64,000 nt of DNA from NCBI GenBank assembly GCA_963776245.1, contig CAVZLN010000004.1, positions 256,001-320,000 of the forward strand, written 5' to 3'. Below, piece after piece: positions 40,091-49,637 of the stretch. Position 1 is the first letter of the stretch. Each line of letters starts with the position of its first letter. Made by a program: the position numbers and the translations under genes. The notes beneath the pieces are model-generated. The model had not been told where the DNA came from. It made no database searches and saw only the letters and a program-made list of their open reading frames with translations. The stretch comes from Candidatus Eiseniibacteriota bacterium (GTDB lineage: Bacteria > Eisenbacteria > RBG-16-71-46).

Positions 40091-41377
40091 ATGAACGACG
40101 CCCCGAGCCGTACCCGCGATCCCTGGACCTGGATCCCCACGCTCTACCTCGCCCAGGGCCTGCCGAACGTGGTGGTGATGACCGTGTCGGTCATCATGTA
40201 CAAGGGCTTCGGCATCTCGAACACCGACATCGCCCTCTACACCAGCTGGCTCTACCTGCCGTGGGTGGTGAAGCCCCTGTGGTCGCCGGTGGTGGACCTG
40301 CTGGGCACGCGGCGGGGCTGGATCTGGGGCATGCAGTTCGCGATCGGCGGGGGACTGGCGGGTGTGGCGCTGACCGTGCCCGCACCGCACTTCTTCCAGT
40401 GGACGCTGGCCTTCTTCTGGCTGCTGGCGTTCAACTCCGCCACCCATGACATCGCGGCCGACGGCTTCTACATGCTGGCCACCACCGAGAAGCAGCAGGC
40501 GCTCTTCGTCGGCGTGCGCAGCCTGTTCTTCCGCGTCGCCACCGCCGCGGGGCAGGGACTGCTGGTGATGCTGGCGGGCACCATCCAGACCCGCACCGGC
40601 AGTCTCCAGCTGGCGTGGTCGGTGGTCATGGGCGTGCTGGCCGTGGTGTTCGTGGGCTTCGGCCTCTGGCACCGCTTCGTGCTGCCCCATCCGGCCGTGG
40701 ACCGGCCCGGCGAGGCGCGCCAGGTGCCCCAGTTCATCCAGGCGTTCCTCGCCACCTTCGGCTCGTTCTTCCGCAAGCCGCGGATCGTCGTGCTGCTGCT
40801 GTTCCTGCTGCTCTACCGCTTCGGCGAGGCCCAGCTGGTGAAGATGGTCGCGCCGTTCCTGCTTGACGGACGCGCCGCGGGCGGACTGGGGCTGACCACC
40901 ACCCAGGTCGGCCTGGTCTACGGGATCGTCGGCATCATCGCCCTGAGTTGCGGGGGCGTGCTGGGCGGTGTGGTGATCGCGCGCCATGGACTCCGGGCGT
41001 GGCTGTGGCCGATGCTGCTGGCGATCCACGTGCCGGACGCGATCTTCATCTACCTCGCGTACACGCAGCCGACGAATCTCATGATCGTCCACCTGTGCGT
41101 CGCGTGCGAGATGTTCGGATACGGCTTCGGATTCACCGCCTACCTGATGTACATGATCCACATCTCGCGGGGCGAGCACGCGACCGCGCACTACGCCATC
41201 TGCACCGGCTTCATGGCCCTCGGCATGATGCTGCCGGGCATGTGGAGCGGTTGGCTCGAGGACCAGATCGGCTACCAGCACTTCTTCACGTGGGTGATCC
41301 TGGCGACGGTGCCGAGCTTCCTCGTGTCGATGTGGATCCCGATCGAGGCGGGCTTCGGGAAGCGCACGGCGGCGTGA
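40091..41377 (+). CDS. AmpG-family MFS transporter
   Basis: LYLAQGLP, LPWVVKPLWSP, SATHDIAADG, LLYRFGE; many TM helices. Confidence 0.85.
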   Translation: MNDAPSRTRDPWTWIPTLYLAQGLPNVVVMTVSVIMYKGFGISNTDIALYTSWLYLPWVVKPLWSPVVDLLGTRRGWIWGMQFAIGGGLAGVALTVPAPHFFQWTLAFFWLLAFNSATHDIAADGFYMLATTEKQQALFVGVRSLFFRVATAAGQGLLVMLAGTIQTRTGSLQLAWSVVMGVLAVVFVGFGLWHRFVLPHPAVDRPGEARQVPQFIQAFLATFGSFFRKPRIVVLLLFLLLYRFGEAQLVKMVAPFLLDGRAAGGLGLTTTQVGLVYGIVGIIALSCGGVLGGVVIARHGLRAWLWPMLLAIHVPDAIFIYLAYTQPTNLMIVHLCVACEMFGYGFGFTAYLMYMIHISRGEHATAHYAICTGFMALGMMLPGMWSGWLEDQIGYQHFFTWVILATVPSFLVSMWIPIEAGFGKRTAA

Positions 41378-41392
41378 GCCGGGAGGGGAGGA

Positions 41393-44077
41393 CTACTTCC
41401 CGTTCGCGTCCGCCGCGAATTCGGTGAACCAGTTCTGCACCAGCGTGATGCTGGGGGCGGAGCCCTTGCGGTCGCTGCCGCGCAGCGTGATGAACCGGCT
41501 CCCGTCACCGGTCACCTCGAACTTCGGCACCCAGCCGAAGGCGCCGGTGCCGAGCGGGAAGCGCGTGAAGAGCTTCCGCGGCGTGCCGAGCGACGGGGCC
41601 GCGCCGTGCGCCACGTCCACGACCATCACGTCGTCCCCCTGCGCGAAGTACAGCTGGTCTCCCTTCGCGCTCCAGTGCGGCCACTGGCCGCCGGCGATCG
41701 AGACCTGCCACTTGCCTTCGCACGAGGGGTAGCGCGTCACGAAGATCTCCCACTCGCCCGACTCGTGCGACATGTACGCGAGGAGGTCCCCCGCGGGCGC
41801 CACACGCCCCTCCTGCACCCAGGGGTTGCCACGGATCAGTTCCCGCGGGGTGTGCGGCCCATCCACCGGGACTTCCACGAGGTCCCACCGGGCGCCGGCT
41901 TCCGCGAGGGTGATGAAGATCACCTTCCGGCCGTCGGGCGTGAAACGGGGACCGGCCCCCGTCCCGAGGGTGTCGGCCGCCCCGGTCCCGTCGGCGGCGC
42001 GCGAGACGACGTAGAAGCCCTCGGGTCCGGAGAAGCCCTTGAGCTGCGCCTGGTACACGATGCGGTCGCCGCGCGGCGACCAGTGCGGGGCGTCCTCGGC
42101 CGCCGGATCGAACGTGAGCCGGGTGCGTGCGCCCCGCTCGGCGTCGTAGATGAACAGGTCGCGATTGTCGTTCACGGTGACCGCGCGCACCACGCGGCCG
42201 CCGTCGGGGGAGAGCGCGAGGTCCGGCGACGCCAGCTCCTCGGGCTGCCCGATGGTGCCCGACTCCTTGCCTCCGGCGTCCACCCACGCCATCTGCGTGA
42301 TCGCGTTGGGGGTCCCGGCGAGGTAGCAGAGCGTGCCGTCGCCCGCGACCGAGGGCTGGGTCGCGCCGGGCGCCACCAGGAAGGGCTCACCCACCGCCTC
42401 GAGCCGCGCGAGTGAGAACGCCAGCGCCCACAGGCCGGGCGTCGTAGGCCCGCGGCGGAAGAGGATGTGGCCCGAATTCGCGTACACCGGGTTGGCGATG
42501 GACTGGCCGGGAAGCTCGAGCAGGAGCTTCCGCTTCCCGCCGGCCCAGAGCCACAGCGTATTGATGCCGCCGTGCCGCCGGTGCGCGGGGAAGATCAGCC
42601 CGCGGCCGTCCGGAAGCGCCGAGGGCTCGTGCAGATCGCTCTCGCTCGTGTCCGGCCTCAGCACCGCGCGCGGATCGCCCCCGTTCGACGGCACTTCGAG
42701 CAGTCCCGCCGAATCACCGCGCGAGAACACGATCATCCCGTCCTGCTTCCAGCACGCGCCCCAGCCCCCCGAGGACACCGTGCCGCGGGTGTCGCACACC
42801 GCCTGGGGCTCGGTGCCCGCCACCGCCACCTTGAGGATGCGGTTGCTGGCGATGAATCCGACGAACTTGCCATCCGGCGACCAGAAGAGCCGCGACGCTC
42901 CGGATTCCACCGTGAACGCCTTGGGCTCCAGCTCGTCGAGGGCCTGGATCATGAGATGCCCGGGGATCAGGTACGCCACCAGGCGTCCATCGGGAGAGAT
43001 CACCGGCGAGGCCGGCCCGATGCCCGCGCCGTCGGGGGTCGTCAGATGGAACTTGCGGAGCGGGAGCTCGGCGGGGCGGCGTTCGAGGCGGGTCACCCCG
43101 AACGTGACGAACACCCCGAGCGCGAGGCACGCGAGCGCGAGCACCGCCACCGGGAGGCGCCGTGCCGGAGTCGCGCCCGCCGCTGCCGCGAGGGGCTCGT
43201 CCCCGCGTCCCGCGATCACCGCCTCGAGCAGGATGCGCGCCTCGCCGATGTCGCGCAGCCGCTGCCTCGGATCGCGATCGAGGCAGCGGCGGAGGAGCGC
43301 GCGGATGCGCGGCGGCGTCTCCTTCGGCAGCGCGCCCCAGTCGGGCTCGGACTTGAGCACCCCGGCCAGCGTATCGGAGATGGTGTCGCCCTCGAACACG
43401 CGGCGGCCGGTCAGCATCTCCATCAGCACGACACCGAAGCCCCAGATGTCGGCGCGCCGGTCGGCCACCTGGCCGCGCGCCTGCTCGGGCGCCATGTAGG
43501 CCGCGGTGCCGAGCAGCACGTTGGTCCCGGTCATGGGTCCGGTGATGGTGGGGGACTGCGACATCGCCGATGGCGAGCGGAGTCGCCCGCTGTCGTCCTC
43601 GAGCGCCTTGGCGAGCCCGAAGTCCAGCACCTTCGCCTGCCCCGCCGCCGTGAGCTTCACATTCGCGGGCTTGAGATCGCGGTGGATGACGCCCTTCTCG
43701 TGCGCGTGTTCCAGCGCCTGCGCGATCTGGAGCGCGGTCGACAGCGCCTCGGCCACGGGCATGGCGCCGCGCGCGAGGCGCTGCGCGAGGTCCTCGCCCT
43801 CCACCAGCTCCATCGCCAGGAAGCGCACCCCGCCCGCTTCCTGGAACCCGTACACCGAGGCGATATGGGGATGATTGAGCACGGCCAGCAGCCGCGCCTC
43901 CCGCTCGAAGCGCGCGAGGCGCTCGGGGTCGCCCGCGAAGAAGTCCGGCAGGACCTTGATGGCGACCTCGCGCCCGAGCGTGGAGTCGGCCGCGCGCCAG
44001 ACCACTCCCATCCCGCCCTCGCCGATGGGCGCCACGAGGCGGTAGTGGGACAGGCGGTCGCCGGGGGAGAGGGACAT
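41393..44077 (-). CDS. Ser/Thr kinase with TM and TolB-like (PD40) beta-propellers
   Basis: [28 protein letters not shown] repeats; LVQNWF terminus. Confidence 0.92.
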   Translation of the reverse strand: MSLSPGDRLSHYRLVAPIGEGGMGVVWRAADSTLGREVAIKVLPDFFAGDPERLARFEREARLLAVLNHPHIASVYGFQEAGGVRFLAMELVEGEDLAQRLARGAMPVAEALSTALQIAQALEHAHEKGVIHRDLKPANVKLTAAGQAKVLDFGLAKALEDDSGRLRSPSAMSQSPTITGPMTGTNVLLGTAAYMAPEQARGQVADRRADIWGFGVVLMEMLTGRRVFEGDTISDTLAGVLKSEPDWGALPKETPPRIRALLRRCLDRDPRQRLRDIGEARILLEAVIAGRGDEPLAAAAGATPARRLPVAVLALACLALGVFVTFGVTRLERRPAELPLRKFHLTTPDGAGIGPASPVISPDGRLVAYLIPGHLMIQALDELEPKAFTVESGASRLFWSPDGKFVGFIASNRILKVAVAGTEPQAVCDTRGTVSSGGWGACWKQDGMIVFSRGDSAGLLEVPSNGGDPRAVLRPDTSESDLHEPSALPDGRGLIFPAHRRHGGINTLWLWAGGKRKLLLELPGQSIANPVYANSGHILFRRGPTTPGLWALAFSLARLEAVGEPFLVAPGATQPSVAGDGTLCYLAGTPNAITQMAWVDAGGKESGTIGQPEELASPDLALSPDGGRVVRAVTVNDNRDLFIYDAERGARTRLTFDPAAEDAPHWSPRGDRIVYQAQLKGFSGPEGFYVVSRAADGTGAADTLGTGAGPRFTPDGRKVIFITLAEAGARWDLVEVPVDGPHTPRELIRGNPWVQEGRVAPAGDLLAYMSHESGEWEIFVTRYPSCEGKWQVSIAGGQWPHWSAKGDQLYFAQGDDVMVVDVAHGAAPSLGTPRKLFTRFPLGTGAFGWVPKFEVTGDGSRFITLRGSDRKGSAPSITLVQNWFTEFAADANGK

Positions 44078-44087
44078 GGAGGGCGGT

Positions 44088-44116
44088 AGTCTAGAGGGCC
44101 GCCGGCCCGCCGACAA
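44088..44116 (-). promoter_or_regulatory. sigma70-type promoter of the kinase (near-leaderless)
   Basis: TTGTCG-N17-TAGACT, then 10 nt to ATG 44077, no SD. Confidence 0.55.
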
Positions 44117-44209
44117 CGGCCTTTCGTGCGCGGCGATGCGGCCCCCGTCCCCGGCTCAGGGGGACGCGACAAGGGCTGGCCTCTCGGCGTGAAGGTCCGA
44201 CCCGCTGGA

Positions 44210-44238
44210 TTGCCCGGGGCCTCTCCGCACGGTATGTT
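44210..44238 (+). promoter_or_regulatory. sigma70-type promoter of the DUF6588-like operon
   Basis: TTGCCC-N17-TATGTT, about 190 nt upstream of ATG 44430. Confidence 0.45.
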
Positions 44239-44429
44239 TTCGCGGCTATTCGGATGGATCGAGCCCTGCGGTCTTCCGCGCGCCGGGGGCGCACCAGGGA
44301 GGTGGCGGGGGGCTGCGGCCGGCGACGCTCGCACGATGGGTCGCGCTCAATCGGGCGACATCGGACCGCTCCCCGCTCGGATTCTCGCGTCGAGCATCCG
44401 CTCACCATGGATCAAGCAAGGGGGAGGAC

Positions 44430-45329
44430 ATGATGCGATGCCGCACAAGGTGGTTCGCCCTGGCGCTGCTGGCCGCCGCGATCTACGCGCCGCCCGCCGG
44501 CGCCCAGCTCTCCGACAATCTCGGAGCGCTGACCGGCGACAATGCCAGGGGCTATCTGAGCCCGCTTCCCAAGGCGCTCTCGGCCACGCTCAATTCGGCC
44601 GTGTTCCAGACCGGCAAAGTGCCCAAGAACACCTTCAACCTGACGGTGGGCCTCCGGGTGATGGGCGTCGGCCTCAGTGACGACCACCGGACCTACACGC
44701 CGACCGCGCCTCCGGGTTTCACGCCCACCGAGACCGTGCAGGCCCCGACCGTGATCGGGAGCACGCAGGCGGTGGCCCAGTCGGGCCAGGGGGGCACCAC
44801 GCTGTACCACCCGGGCGGATTCGACATCAGCGAGTTCGCCGTCGCGGTCCCCCAGCTCACGATCGGTTCGCTTTTCGGTACGCGCGCCGTCGTGCGCTGG
44901 ATCACGGCCGATCTGGGCGATGCCGACCTCGGCCGGTTCGAGTACCTCGGCTATGGGGCGCAGCACTCGATCTCGCAGTATTTCACCGGCCTTCCCGTGG
45001 ACGTCGCAGCGGGGTTCTTCGTGCAGAACTTCAAGCTTGGCGACCACCTGCTCGATTCCGACGCATGGCTGGTGAACGTGACGGCCAGCAAACGGTTCGG
45101 GGCCCTCGAGCCCTACGCCGGGCTGGGCTGGGACAGCTTCAAGATGAAGGCGGACTACACGAGCACCACGAATCCGGGCAATGACATCCGTGTGGACTTC
45201 GGCAAGGAGACCAACGCTCACCTGACGCTCGGGGTCCAGGCGCTGCTGGCCTTCGCCCGCCTGTCGGCTGAGTTCGACATCGCGGCGGAAACCGGGGCGG
45301 CCGTCGGCCTCACCCTGGGCCGCTACTAA
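44430..45329 (+). CDS. Exported DUF6588-like probable outer-membrane beta-barrel
   Basis: GGAGG RBS, signal peptide, YLSPL...LNS, PTVIG, PQLTIG, GYGAQHSISQY, terminal aromatic beta strand. Confidence 0.65.
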   Translation: MMRCRTRWFALALLAAAIYAPPAGAQLSDNLGALTGDNARGYLSPLPKALSATLNSAVFQTGKVPKNTFNLTVGLRVMGVGLSDDHRTYTPTAPPGFTPTETVQAPTVIGSTQAVAQSGQGGTTLYHPGGFDISEFAVAVPQLTIGSLFGTRAVVRWITADLGDADLGRFEYLGYGAQHSISQYFTGLPVDVAAGFFVQNFKLGDHLLDSDAWLVNVTASKRFGALEPYAGLGWDSFKMKADYTSTTNPGNDIRVDFGKETNAHLTLGVQALLAFARLSAEFDIAAETGAAVGLTLGRY

Positions 45330-45343
45330 GGGAGGGGACGCAC

Positions 45344-46006
45344 ATGCGCAAGCACTCGTATCTGAAGACCGTGGCGCTCGCCCTCCCGCTGGCGGGGGCG
45401 ATCGGGGGCTGCATCCTGGTTCCCGAGATCGAGAAGCGAGTCGTCGAACTGGCGGTCGGTCACTCGGTCGTGGTGCCGTTCGTGGCTTCGGGATCGATCA
45501 ATTACCACAACGACGCGAAGACGGTCGATGTCAGCGGCAACGTGGATCTTCCGAGCATCCTCAGCGACAACGGCCTGAGCGCGGACAAGGTCTCCGTCGT
45601 GAAGCTGGCCGGAGTCTCGTACCGGGTCACCAAGGCCCAGGCGCTTCGCACGGTCACCGGCGGGACGGTGGAGATCCTGCGGGGCAGCAACCCGTCACCG
45701 ACTCTGCCGACGGGGGCGCCCCCCACCGCCGGCTACACCCCTCTGGTCACGGCGTTCAATGCGAGCGCGGCGGCCACGACCGGCTGGATCACCGTACCTC
45801 TCGATCCCGCCGGGGTCACGGCGGTCAACGGTCTGTTGTCCGCTCTCCTCACCGAAGCCAAGGGCGGCGGCGTGGTCGCCGACAAGTACCTCACCTACCA
45901 CGTGTACGGCGTGTCCGCCCCGACCGGCATCGCCACCGATTTCACGTGGGAGTTCAAGCTCGACCTGACGATCGTGGGAACGTTCGAGACCGACATCGTC
46001 AACTGA
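45344..46006 (+). CDS. Hypothetical lipoprotein
   Basis: GGAGG RBS; lipobox IGGC; beta-rich. Confidence 0.75.
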   Translation: MRKHSYLKTVALALPLAGAIGGCILVPEIEKRVVELAVGHSVVVPFVASGSINYHNDAKTVDVSGNVDLPSILSDNGLSADKVSVVKLAGVSYRVTKAQALRTVTGGTVEILRGSNPSPTLPTGAPPTAGYTPLVTAFNASAAATTGWITVPLDPAGVTAVNGLLSALLTEAKGGGVVADKYLTYHVYGVSAPTGIATDFTWEFKLDLTIVGTFETDIVN

Positions 46007-46029
46007 GGAGCCCCGGGGGACGGCGAACC

Positions 46030-46059
46030 GCGGGCGGTGGCCTTCGAGCCACCGCCCGC
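46030..46059. terminator. GC-rich hairpin between convergent genes
   Basis: Perfect 12-bp stem GCGGGCGGTGGC/GCCACCGCCCGC with 6-nt loop; no U-tract. Confidence 0.5.
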
Positions 46060-46096
46060 CTCGCTGTGTACACGCACGGCGCGACTGCCGACCGTT

Positions 46097-47254
46097 TCAC
46101 CTGCCGCCCTTGTCCCGCCCCCTGTCCTTGCCGGAGTCGACCGGTCGGGCGCCCCTGGCGGGTCTTTCGACCTGCTTCTGCGTGCGCTGCACCAACACCT
46201 GGCGCTGCTGCGCCGCGTGAGCCTCGAACGCTTGCTGTTCGGCCGCATGCGCACGGCGGACCTCGTCGGCCGCCTGCCCCGCGGCCCGGGTACGCAATTC
46301 ATTCGCCTGATCGCGGGCGAGGCGGGCGCGCTCGGCGCCCAGGTCGCTCTCGAGCCTGCGCTGTCGATCCGCACGCTGACGCTGGAGGGCCGGGTCAGAG
46401 GCGGTGTTCCTGCGTTCCACGACCGGCGGTGCAGGAGCCGGCCCGGCGGGCATCGGGCGCACCGTGGGGCGATAGTAGCCGACGGCGCCGTTGCCGACCG
46501 AGCGGCCGTTCCCGCGCGTCGGGGTACTGACGTCAGCGATCCTCACGCGTGGCACGCGCCGTCCGATGGCGACCTCGACCTGCGCGATGTCGGGTCCGAT
46601 ATTGGCCGGTCTCCCATCGCGCGCCTCGAATCGGGTCGCATCCCGGGAGCGTCCGATCAGCGTGACATTGCGCGCGACCGAGACCAGTTGCAGTCGAAGA
46701 CTCACGTCGAAGACGCGCGACCGCGGCACGAAGTTCCACTCGCTGGACGGGATCGAGTTCGCGTCGACGAACACGAGCCCGCCCGAGACATTCCAGCCCG
46801 CCGTCGGCGGCAGGGGCGCCCAGCCCATGTAGTCATCACCATACCGCCACGCGACCCACGCCGGCGCCCATTCCGAACCGGGCACCCACGTCCAACCATA
46901 GGAGTCGTCGAAGAACCAGCGTCCGTAGTGATACGAAGCCCAGCCCCACGGTTCATCCGAGGCCCAGCTCCAACCGTAGTCGGTGTACTCCCAATGGCCG
47001 TAGGAGTAGGGCCGCCAGTCCTCCGCCATGTCGTAGGGGGTCCAGCACCAACCGTAGGTCGGGTCGTCGTACCACTCGCCGTAGGGCGCGAGGCTCTCGT
47101 AGAAGTACGAGACGCTGATCGGGCTCCCGGGCGATCCCATGGAAGCGCGGACATAGGTCTGCCCGTAGCTGGTCGCGCACGCGACCACGGTCACGAACAG
47201 GGCGAGGCACAGGGAGAGCGCGAGGCACAGCGACCTCGCAAATAGTCGTTTCAT
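46097..47254 (-). CDS. Exported DUF6600-like Trp/Tyr-rich protein with coiled C-terminus
   Basis: GAGGAG RBS, signal peptide, FYESLAPYGEW, WRPYSYGHW, EPWGWASYHYGRW, WAPAWVAW, GWAPLPP. Confidence 0.8.
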   Translation of the reverse strand: MKRLFARSLCLALSLCLALFVTVVACATSYGQTYVRASMGSPGSPISVSYFYESLAPYGEWYDDPTYGWCWTPYDMAEDWRPYSYGHWEYTDYGWSWASDEPWGWASYHYGRWFFDDSYGWTWVPGSEWAPAWVAWRYGDDYMGWAPLPPTAGWNVSGGLVFVDANSIPSSEWNFVPRSRVFDVSLRLQLVSVARNVTLIGRSRDATRFEARDGRPANIGPDIAQVEVAIGRRVPRVRIADVSTPTRGNGRSVGNGAVGYYRPTVRPMPAGPAPAPPVVERRNTASDPALQRQRADRQRRLESDLGAERARLARDQANELRTRAAGQAADEVRRAHAAEQQAFEAHAAQQRQVLVQRTQKQVERPARGARPVDSGKDRGRDKGGR

Positions 47255-47330
47255 GGGTGATCTCCTCTCACGGGCTCCGGGCCGGCGGGCAGCACGACGG
47301 TCGCGCGCGTCGCCGAGGACACGTGCGGAC

Positions 47331-47346
47331 TGCAGAAACCGTGCCG
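47331..47346 (-). promoter_or_regulatory. sigma54 -24/-12 promoter of the DUF6600-like gene
   Basis: Minus strand CGGCACGGTTTCTGCA, GG-N10-GC. Confidence 0.6.
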
Positions 47347-47412
47347 CGGTGGCGCGCTTGCCGGTGCGGCACGCGCGCGCTGGACGGGCGCCGAAGGGCA
47401 CCGCGGAGGGAC

Positions 47413-47440
47413 GAAACTTCAACCGCGGGCCCCGTTCTTA
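47413..47440 (+). promoter_or_regulatory. Possible ECF (RpoE-type) promoter
   Basis: GAAACTT-N16-TCTTA. Confidence 0.35.
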
Positions 47441-47667
47441 CAACGACGCGCGGGGACGTTCGCGCGTGTCACCGGCATCGGCCCCGGAGGCTCGAACGTC
47501 CGAGCCCGGATTGAATCCGCTTCCTCGTGGTCGGCCGAGAATTACATTCCCAGGTCGTTCCGGCTCCCGTGACTCCGACCCGCGACGCCGCGGCCGCACG
47601 CTGCAACCTGCTACCGGGGTACGCGTTCCGCCGCGCCCGATGCTCCGCTCGTGCGCCTTGGACCGGC

Positions 47668-47683
47668 TGGCGAGGAGGTTGCA
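47668..47683 (+). promoter_or_regulatory. sigma54 -24/-12 promoter of the SYLF gene
   Basis: TGGCGAGGAGGTTGCA, GG-N10-GC, 57 nt upstream of ATG 47741. Confidence 0.6.
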
Positions 47684-47740
47684 TGTCGGCACACGAGGGG
47701 AATCGCGGCTTTGTGGTCTTCCCGATCGGAGGTGGAGCGG

Positions 47741-48424
47741 ATGATGAGGAATGCGACAGCCATGGTCCTCGCGATCATGCTGGTGACGGCGGCGATCGTT
47801 GCGGCGAAGCCGTCCGGCGATGCCGCGAAGCAGGGGAGGAAGCTCGCCGAAGCCACCGCCGTCTATCACGAACTGGTCGCGACCCGGGATCGTGCCGTGC
47901 CTCGCGAACTGCTCGAGAACTGCAAGTGCGTCGCCGTGCTTCCGGGCGTGATCAAGGCGGCCGTGGGTTACGGGGCCCGCCACGGCAGTGGCGTGATGAT
48001 CTGCCGCACGGCCAGCGGCTGGTCGGCTCCGGCGTTCGTGAATGTCACCGGCGGGAGTTTCGGATTCCAGTTGGGAGCAGAATCCACCGATCTGGTGCTG
48101 TTCTTCATGAACGACCGCGGCGCCCGTTCGCTCATGAACGGCAGCCGCATCACGCTGGGTGGCAAGGCCAGCGTCGCCGCCGGTCCCTTCGGACGCAGCG
48201 GAGAAGCGGCCACCAACCTCGAGCTCAAGTCCGAGATCTACTCCTACGCCCGTTCCAAGGGACTGTTCGCCGGACTCTCGATCGAAGGCGCGCGCCTCGG
48301 ACCCGATTCGGAAGACATCGTCGCGTACTACGGTCCCCGGGTCACCTACAAGCAACTGCTGTTCGGCGGGGGGCCGCCGACCATGCCCGCGGAGGCGCAG
48401 GCATTCCGCCAGTCGCTCCCCTAG
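47741..48424 (+). CDS. Exported lipid-binding SYLF (Ysc84-like) domain protein
   Basis: Signal peptide; GWSAPAF...GGSFGFQLG...TDLVL, SVAAGPFGR, YSYARSKGLFAG. Confidence 0.9.
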   Translation: MMRNATAMVLAIMLVTAAIVAAKPSGDAAKQGRKLAEATAVYHELVATRDRAVPRELLENCKCVAVLPGVIKAAVGYGARHGSGVMICRTASGWSAPAFVNVTGGSFGFQLGAESTDLVLFFMNDRGARSLMNGSRITLGGKASVAAGPFGRSGEAATNLELKSEIYSYARSKGLFAGLSIEGARLGPDSEDIVAYYGPRVTYKQLLFGGGPPTMPAEAQAFRQSLP

Positions 48425-48566
48425 CGCCATGAGCGCCTCGGTGGACGGATGGCGCACCGTCGCTGGAGGCCCACACCGTGCCCATACCGTGACTCCCACC
48501 GGCCGTGCGAGCGCGAGGATCCACGATCGCGTTCGCCGACACGCCGTCCACGAAAGGGGAACCTGC

Positions 48567-49583
48567 ATGATCACTCGTCCAAGGAAGCTCATGTTGTTCG
48601 TCCTGCTGGCCTCGAGCCTGACCTTCGCGATCGTCACATCGGTCAGGGCGCAGGAGGGTCGCCCCACGGGATCGACCGGCCTGTCCGCGACCCTGCAGGT
48701 CCGATTCGGGACCACGCCGCACTGGTCGAGCGTCGATGGCACGCGCGTCGAGCGGCTGCCCGACGCGGAACGCCCGGGCTACGACATGTTCCGCTACGAC
48801 GGGAACTACTACGCCTACAACAACGACCGCTGGTACATGTCACCCCGTGAGAGCGGTGAGTTCCAGGGGATCGAGGAGCGCTTCGTTCCGAGCGAGCTGT
48901 CCCGGGTCCCGCGCGAGCATTGGCGCAACTATCCATCGGGCTGGCGGGACCGCCAGTACCGGGAATCGCCCGGTCCATCCACGAGCCTGCAGGTCACCTT
49001 CAGCGGCCGGCCGCGCTGGATGGGTATCCGCGGCACCCGCGTCCAGCGGATCAGCGATCGGCAGCGCCCCGATTTCGACATCTTCAGCTACCGTGGCAGC
49101 TACTACGTCTACCGCGACGGCCAGTGGTACATGTCCCGCCGCCCGAGCGGGGAATTCCGGATGATCGACAATCGCTTCGTGCCGCGCGAATTGTCCCGGG
49201 TCCCGCGCGAGCACTGGCGCAACTATCCGTCCGGCTGGCAGGACCGCCAGTCTCCGGGGTCGTATGGTCCGTCCGCGACCCTGCAGGTGGATATCGGGGC
49301 CAGGCCACGGTGGATGGTGATCCGCGGTACGCGTGTCGAGCGACTGCCCGACGTGGAGCGCCCGGGCTACGACCTGTTCCGCTACGGTGGCAGCTACTAC
49401 GCCTATAACGACGGCCGCTGGTACACGTCCCGCCGCGGCGGTGGCGAGTTCAGGATGATCGAGGACCGTTCCGTCCCGGTCGAATTGTCCCAGATCCCCC
49501 GCGAGCACTGGCGCAACTATCCTCAGGGCTGGCAGGACGGGAATCGCAGTCCCGGCTATGGGAGCGACGGTCAGCGGCGTTAG
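48567..49583 (+). CDS. Exported hypothetical protein built of three 98-aa aromatic-rich repeats
   Basis: AAGGGGA RBS, signal peptide, three copies of GTRV.R..D..RP.(Y/F)D.F.Y.G.YY.Y....WY.S....GEF..I..R.VP.ELS.(V/I)PREHWRNYP.GW. Confidence 0.85.
   Translation: MITRPRKLMLFVLLASSLTFAIVTSVRAQEGRPTGSTGLSATLQVRFGTTPHWSSVDGTRVERLPDAERPGYDMFRYDGNYYAYNNDRWYMSPRESGEFQGIEERFVPSELSRVPREHWRNYPSGWRDRQYRESPGPSTSLQVTFSGRPRWMGIRGTRVQRISDRQRPDFDIFSYRGSYYVYRDGQWYMSRRPSGEFRMIDNRFVPRELSRVPREHWRNYPSGWQDRQSPGSYGPSATLQVDIGARPRWMVIRGTRVERLPDVERPGYDLFRYGGSYYAYNDGRWYTSRRGGGEFRMIEDRSVPVELSQIPREHWRNYPQGWQDGNRSPGYGSDGQRR
48684..49565 (+). repeat. Three diverged tandem repeats, period 294 nt
   Basis: TCC(G/A)CGA(C/G)CCTGCAGGT starts at 48684, 48978 and 49272. 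Confidence 0.9.
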
Positions 49584-49637
49584 TCGAGTGCGCGATGCCC
49601 CGGGGAAGGGTGCGCGCCGCCACGAAAGGGGAACACC

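Noticed and set aside
35080..40140. Two huge overlapping antiparallel ORFs (1686 and 1572 aa)
   Set aside because: Each is a real gene (acyl-CoA ligase from 36786, kinase from 37045) extended by the stop-poor antisense frame of the other, as expected in GC-rich DNA
47400..47560. Assigning the intergenic structure to cobalamin riboswitch, tRNA or hammerhead families
   Set aside because: No B12 box, cloverleaf or CUGANGA core found; kept as an unassigned candidate
47672..48432. AGGAGG followed by ATG 47683 opening an alternative ORF over the SYLF gene
   Set aside because: The product is an Arg-rich shadow frame and the AGGAGG falls inside the sigma54 spacer
48684..49565. 294-nt repeats as DGR template/variable repeats or a CRISPR-like array
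   Set aside because: They are in-frame protein repeats, differences are not adenine-specific, and no reverse transcriptase or cas gene is present
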